A stretch of DNA of 64,000 nucleotides from a virus, in the IMG/VR virus record IMGVR_UViG_3300017917_001336, positions 32,001-96,000 of that record; one strand, 5' to 3'. Below, piece by piece: positions 59,570-64,000 of the stretch. Under the pieces are notes generated by a model. That model was not told the DNA's origin, did no database searches, and saw only the letters and a program-made list of their open reading frames with translations. Positions within the stretch are counted from its first letter, which is position 1; every line of letters starts with the position of its first letter. A program made the translations under genes and the position numbers.

Positions 59570-61569
59570 ACGCCAGCTAACTTACGCACACGAGTTAGCT
59601 CTGCGCTTTCTTTAAATCCGTCTATAGTATTTGATGCACTTGCCGGGGTATTAAAGTTTTGTGTTGGCGATTGCGGAGGAGTAGTTCCGTATGCATGGTC
59701 TACTAGCATGTCAATAAACTGTTCAACAGTATTGCCAAATGCCTTGTTAGCCGCCACTGCAGCCGCAAAACCTGTACCAGCACCGATGATAGCCGCCGGA
59801 ATAACACCTATAACAGTTGGACTGGCCACAGTACCTGCCAAGGCCGCGCCAAATATAGCAGCCACAATCTCAAGACCAAAACGTGCAATAGGTTGTGCAA
59901 TAATCTTAGTAACTTCAGCACGATACTGATCCTGTGTCATCTTCTTAGGATCAAGTGCTTGATACTTGGCAACAGCATCGCTTACTTCAACGTAAATTGA
60001 ATAACCTAACAACAACCAACCACCTGCTTTAAATGCAGCACCAGTAGCGGCTTTGGCATTTGTTACAGCAGTCTTAGGTGCTTGTGCTACTTTAGCGGCA
60101 AACTCATCAGCGGCTAAATCTAAACGTGTGGTGCCAATTTTAACCGAGTTCCAAGTATTTGGTAATAAACTTTTTTGAATACTGTCTTGTGGAATGCCTG
60201 TTAAGAATGCACGGAATCGAGCACTCCAAGATGCTTTACCAGCGGCACTGGATAAATCAACTGGACTGGTTTGTTGTTGGCTAACAAACTTAACAGCTTT
60301 GTTAAACAGTTTACGAAACTCTGGATCTTTAAGTGCAGAACTAAGTGCTTCCTTTTGAAACTCGGGCGCACTAGTTTTTAAACTACTACGCAAAAAATTT
60401 CTAAATTCTTTGTCCGCTACTTCACCATTGGGAAATGACTTGGGCATTTTGTTAGGGTCAACAAACTCAGCAGTAATGTTTTGATCCAAGAAGCTTTTTT
60501 CAATCATAGCAACAATTTGCTCGTTAGACATCTTGGGTTTAACATCCCGGGCCATTTGTTCCACGGCTTGTTGTAATCGTGAGTTAAGTTCTACAGGGTC
60601 ACGCCAATAAGCATCACCATGATAGTCTGTGGGTATCTTAGGATTAGCTGGCGCCGCACCGGTCTTTAAACGATCACGTAACACAGCCATTTCTTGACGA
60701 TGTGCTGTTAGTCGTTCGCTAGCTGACTTAATAGCAGCTTGATCACCACTGCGAGTAGCGGCAGTTAGTGTTTTTTGTAATTCAGGTTCTTGTTTGACTA
60801 ATTCAGCTAAACGATCGCGATTTTCTACAGCTTGTCGTAAAAATGAGTTAGGAATAGTCTTAGGATCAGTACCCGGAGGAATAGCATCTAGTTGGGCCTT
60901 AAACTTAGCACGGTCGGCGTTTGCATTAACTCGACGCTGTGTGTCAGCCATGCTCATACCTTGTAGTGCGTTATAATGGTGATTTAATTCGTGAGCAATA
61001 GTAGAACGCATACCCTTTAAATCACTAGTAACACGATTGGTAACCCAAAGTCTGTTTGCACGTGGCCCCGGAGAATTAATATTCATGTTGCCCGTGATAG
61101 TTTCTGTGGGTATGTTAATTTGTAGTTTATGCCCTTGCTTTTCTAACCAACTAGCCATGCGGGGATCTTGGCGGAAATCACCCATGCTTGGGCGAGCATT
61201 AGCCTTGTCTGATCGGGCCAAGTCCCAGGGATCAGCAACCTTTGGATTATACTGATAGCCCGTCTTAGGATCAGCAAACCATGTACTAGCACTAGCACGG
61301 GGCATGTCAATAGTATATCCCCCATCGGGTAACTGTTTAAACTTAGCCATGGGCTCAAAGTTAACTTGCCCAGACTGCGCTAATATCTGAACTTGTGGAC
61401 TTTTAAAATCTGCAGGATTAATACCCATGTCTGTTAAATTAACACGAGACCCGTCTTTGACTTTACCGGGGTTGGCATTTAAGTAGTCAATGATCTTTTG
61501 ACTAATTAGTGATAGTTCCTGTTGTGCAACAGCATCTTCTTGTACTAATTGAATATATTCGCGGAGCAT
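59566..61569 (-). CDS. Zincin-motif protein with C-terminal hydrophobic helices, probable internal/ejected virion protein
   Basis: STIAHELNHHYN (HExxH), later YWRDPVELNSR; hydrophobic G/A-rich helices; ends ELTRVRKLAGV; TAAATA 5 nt above the ATG. Confidence 0.6.
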   Translation of the reverse strand: MLREYIQLVQEDAVAQQELSLISQKIIDYLNANPGKVKDGSRVNLTDMGINPADFKSPQVQILAQSGQVNFEPMAKFKQLPDGGYTIDMPRASASTWFADPKTGYQYNPKVADPWDLARSDKANARPSMGDFRQDPRMASWLEKQGHKLQINIPTETITGNMNINSPGPRANRLWVTNRVTSDLKGMRSTIAHELNHHYNALQGMSMADTQRRVNANADRAKFKAQLDAIPPGTDPKTIPNSFLRQAVENRDRLAELVKQEPELQKTLTAATRSGDQAAIKSASERLTAHRQEMAVLRDRLKTGAAPANPKIPTDYHGDAYWRDPVELNSRLQQAVEQMARDVKPKMSNEQIVAMIEKSFLDQNITAEFVDPNKMPKSFPNGEVADKEFRNFLRSSLKTSAPEFQKEALSSALKDPEFRKLFNKAVKFVSQQQTSPVDLSSAAGKASWSARFRAFLTGIPQDSIQKSLLPNTWNSVKIGTTRLDLAADEFAAKVAQAPKTAVTNAKAATGAAFKAGGWLLLGYSIYVEVSDAVAKYQALDPKKMTQDQYRAEVTKIIAQPIARFGLEIVAAIFGAALAGTVASPTVIGVIPAAIIGAGTGFAAAVAANKAFGNTVEQFIDMLVDHAYGTTPPQSPTQNFNTPASASNTIDGFKESAELTRVRKLAGV

Positions 61570-61583
61570 GATAGTATTTACCG

Positions 61584-61648
61584 CGCGAAGCGGCAGCGCA
61601 GATTTTAAGAAGCGCGAAGCGTTAGCGCAAAAAAATAACCGCGAAGCG
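61584..61648. repeat. Three CGCGAAGCG mini-hairpin repeats
   Basis: Copies at 61584-61592, 61613-61621 and 61640-61648 in a GC-rich intergenic island. Confidence 0.9.
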
Positions 61649-61701
61649 GCAACGGTAAACGCGATACCGAGCGTTCTGTTGGCTGTGCCATAAATAATTA
61701 T

Positions 61702-62133
61702 ATGTTAAACATGACTGCAATCAACGGTTTCCGCAGCATCTTAGCTGACACTTGCACCCGCCATGGTTGGCAAGCACCCGAAACTGTACTAGACTACTCT
61801 GTTAAGATTCTAGCTGACAAGCTGGATAAAAATCCATGGCAACCTGAGCCTAGCTACGCAGAACGCTATATGACCCTTAAAAGCATCACAGAAGCTATAG
61901 AATTGGGCAATACTTGTTGGTTCACTAGGGCTGTATTTCCAGAGCTAATGCAGCGTAGAGGTTTAAGCAGCCGTTACTTTGTAGATATGGGTCAAGGATG
62001 CTATAGTATGGTTCTTAAGCATAATCCGCACCCAGCTATATCTATACTAAACAAACACTTTGAGTTTACAGCTGAAATAGCATATACAGCAGTACGCCAC
62101 TTTAACAGTCAGCGTGAAATGTGGGATTTATAA
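61702..62133 (+). CDS. Hypothetical protein
   Basis: 143 aa, TAAATA 5 nt above the ATG. Confidence 0.7.
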   Translation: MLNMTAINGFRSILADTCTRHGWQAPETVLDYSVKILADKLDKNPWQPEPSYAERYMTLKSITEAIELGNTCWFTRAVFPELMQRRGLSSRYFVDMGQGCYSMVLKHNPHPAISILNKHFEFTAEIAYTAVRHFNSQREMWDL

Positions 62134-62340
62134 GGGCAAACCTGTAGCTAAGTCTAGTGCGGGATCTACATGTTCTACACTAGAACCAAAACGTATAATA
62201 AACTCTGTTAGTAACGGACCTTCTGGGATCCAAAAACGTGTACGATTTAAGTGCATTTCACTGGCTATACTATGACTCTTGATATAGTTGATAACGTGTA
62301 CAAAGTTTGGATTTTGGGTTAGAATATAATAGTGTCTCAT
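62128..62340 (-). CDS. Hypothetical protein
   Basis: 70 aa, EMHLNRTRFWIP. Confidence 0.65.
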   Translation of the reverse strand: MRHYYILTQNPNFVHVINYIKSHSIASEMHLNRTRFWIPEGPLLTEFIIRFGSSVEHVDPALDLATGLPL

Positions 62341-62468
62341 GCTAGAATATTTACTTGTGTGCCCTTGGGACGAGTATTATTATAGAGCCACATGTGATAA
62401 CGATGTAGTGTATTGTAGCTAGTACGATTAGGCGGGGATTGTTTTAAGTATTGAGCAGTTGTCCACAT
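62337..62468 (-). CDS. Small protein (43 aa), not in the ORF track
   Basis: AGGAGCGAA RBS then ATG; MWTTAQYLKQSPPNRTSYNTLHRYHMWLYNNTRPKGTQVNILA; ATGA overlap with the 62340 gene; TAAATA at 62491-62496 (minus). Confidence 0.6.
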   Translation of the reverse strand: MWTTAQYLKQSPPNRTSYNTLHRYHMWLYNNTRPKGTQVNILA

Positions 62469-62722
62469 AGTTTCGCTCCTTGTGACAACGTATTTAATGA
62501 TATTTGACTATTGCCCAGAATGGGTCCTGCAGGATAAAAAAATAGCCGCGCAAAAAATTATAGGGAAGTACTTACAGATTCATGATGGTGATTTTGAGTC
62601 TATATGGGGTGTTTTTTTAGGTTGCGCTGTTGCAAAAATGCCACACATTTTATATTATATACCCCGACCCCCCATAAACCGAACCGAGCCCCACCGACCA
62701 CCGAGAGGCCGAACCTGAGACC

Positions 62723-62860
62723 AAAAAAAACCCCTAGGATACCGGGAGCGAATCGGGTTTATACCTAGGGGCACTACAAAGGCCGTTGCCTCGTTGGCGT
62801 CGACCGCTGACAGCTTACCGGGAGCGAATCGTTGGGCTGTCTACTACAGTATGCACTACA
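62723..62860 (-). ncRNA. Candidate three-hairpin sRNA / structured 3' UTR ending in a rho-independent terminator
   Basis: Stems GACAGC/GCTGTC and CCCCTAGG/CCTAGGGG each enclose the same 16-mer CGATTCGCTCCCGGTA; last stem is followed by T8. Confidence 0.6.
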
Positions 62861-62864
62861 GCTC

Positions 62865-63770
62865 TTAGCGGCTGTTACGCATACACGTTACTTCTACTAC
62901 GCTACGCCAGTTGCTGGGCATACTAACACGAATGTCCGCAACCTTAAGCACCATACGCAGGCTTAGCTCTCGCATACGCTCTGCATTGTTATTAATGTAG
63001 TCTACTACTTCTTGCTTGTCCTCATCAGTTAGCTTGTAGTCATCGAGCATACCGCACTCGTTAACTACCTGCTTGATACGCAACAGCTTCTCACGGGTAG
63101 TATCAATAGTCAGATCCAAATAGTGACAACGTGACTCCAATGCTTCCAAGTGATCGCGCAGCTTCTTTGACTTAACGTGATCGAACTTGATGTTGCTAAT
63201 AAAGATAGCACCACCGTGGAAGTCGAAACTGTTGGGCACACCTTCTTGTCTAAGCAAACGGCTGTCCGTGTTCCAATGGATAGTACGCTTCTTACCTGAG
63301 TCTAGCGCAGCCTTTAGGATGTTCAAGCTAAGGTCATCTAGCAGTACAGAGTCGCAGTCATCAAACACTAGGATGCATTTACGATCGCTGAACTCGTAGA
63401 GCTTTTTGTACAAGCCAATGGCACTCATTGCGCCCTTGACTACTTCGTATTTCTTCAGCTTGGTATCGTTGGCTACATTAGCAAACACATCATGCTTGCC
63501 CAGTACCCGTTCTACACCAAAGCTCTTACCAACACCCGGAGGGCCAGTTACGATCATAGCACGAACATCACCCTTCTTTACAGCACGGGTCATGTCTTCT
63601 AGAATCTGAAAACGTTGGCCCAAACGTTCCATAATACTTTCATCGGACTCGGCTTTGAGCTGGCGCTCTTTTTCTTTAATATAGTCCTTGTCCTGCTCCA
63701 AGCTGGCTGTAGTGCCTGCTGAGCTCTTTTTACCTTTGGGCATGTCTGCTAGTGTCATTACTTTTGCCAT
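62865..63770 (-). CDS. AAA+/P-loop ATPase
   Basis: IVTGPPGVGKS Walker A, ILVFDDCD Walker B, LNILKAALD, IFISN, ALESR. Confidence 0.85.
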   Translation of the reverse strand: MAKVMTLADMPKGKKSSAGTTASLEQDKDYIKEKERQLKAESDESIMERLGQRFQILEDMTRAVKKGDVRAMIVTGPPGVGKSFGVERVLGKHDVFANVANDTKLKKYEVVKGAMSAIGLYKKLYEFSDRKCILVFDDCDSVLLDDLSLNILKAALDSGKKRTIHWNTDSRLLRQEGVPNSFDFHGGAIFISNIKFDHVKSKKLRDHLEALESRCHYLDLTIDTTREKLLRIKQVVNECGMLDDYKLTDEDKQEVVDYINNNAERMRELSLRMVLKVADIRVSMPSNWRSVVEVTCMRNSR

Positions 63771-63799
63771 GTGTGTTCGCTCCTTTATTTAAAACATCT

Positions 63800-63828
63800 A
63801 GTATACTATCGAATGCAGTCTTGGTCAA
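63800..63828 (-). promoter_or_regulatory. Strong sigma70-type (early) promoter
   Basis: TTGACC-17nt-TATACT on the minus strand, followed by AAAGGAGCGAA RBS. Confidence 0.8.
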
Positions 63829-63983
63829 CTCTTTTGAAACACGCTTTGCACATAGCACTCGGAGCCATATTGGGCTTCTACTAGTGCTCGAGCCTGTTGC
63901 GGATGGTTGGCCTGAACCACTTGGGTAATGTTTCTCAGTTGGGTGTCGCCACCCACTGAGAATGTAACTTCATACATGTTCAT
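63825..63983 (-). CDS. Small hypothetical protein (52 aa), not in the ORF track
   Basis: MNMYEVTFSVGGDTQLRNITQVVQANHPQQARALVEAQYGSECYVQSVFQKS; TAATG coupling with an upstream stop. Confidence 0.6.
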   Translation of the reverse strand: MNMYEVTFSVGGDTQLRNITQVVQANHPQQARALVEAQYGSECYVQSVFQKS

Positions 63984-64000
63984 TAGTCGAGCCTCGAACC

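Noticed and set aside
62482-62718. 78-aa plus-strand ORF in the track
   Set aside because: GTG start without RBS, low-complexity Pro/Arg tail from the C-rich tract, and it overlaps the minus-strand promoter of the 43-aa gene; more likely non-coding.
61584-62831. Short repeats as a CRISPR array
   Set aside because: Repeats are 9 nt (x3) and 16 nt (x2), too short or too few, and there are no cas genes.
1-64000. Stop-codon reassignment
   Set aside because: Core genes are full length in the standard code with tight stop/start overlaps.
63984-64000. GGTTCGAG at the right edge as a tRNA T-arm
   Set aside because: No matching stem visible; it reads as the end of an upstream CDS with TAATG coupling.

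Overview
A 64 kb segment of a large, AT-rich, T4-like (myovirus-type) dsDNA phage genome, read in the standard genetic code. About 1-28.7 kb holds tail-fibre, receptor-binding and Gly-rich virion genes and neck genes (gp13/14/15-like). Interleaved with them are many tailoring enzymes: a flavin-dependent halogenase, seven 2OG-Fe(II) oxygenase-like genes (an eighth lies at 48 kb), a NodU/TobZ carbamoyltransferase and a Nudix hydrolase. 28.8-41.8 kb holds dNMP kinase, tail sheath/tube, gp4, terminase and probable internal head proteins. 41.9-56.7 kb is the replication/recombination module: gp32, UvsX, UvsY, UvsW, a gp62-like protein, a 192-aa mini-DnaE, primase, a half carbamoyltransferase and the helicase. 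56.8-64 kb holds a fibre gene, a zincin-motif protein and a structured non-coding switch region leading into oppositely oriented, probably early genes. Most notable: (1) a three-hairpin RNA element at 62.72-62.86 kb whose two identical loops (AUUCGCUCC) are complementary to an extended RBS (AGGAGCGAA) found on the two flanking genes, a candidate anti-RBS sRNA circuit; (2) a late-promoter-driven enzyme cluster that may post-translationally modify Gly/Pro-rich virion fibres; (3) widespread apparently leaderless transcripts; (4) a minimal C-family polymerase. All calls come from manual motif reading; no database searches were run.
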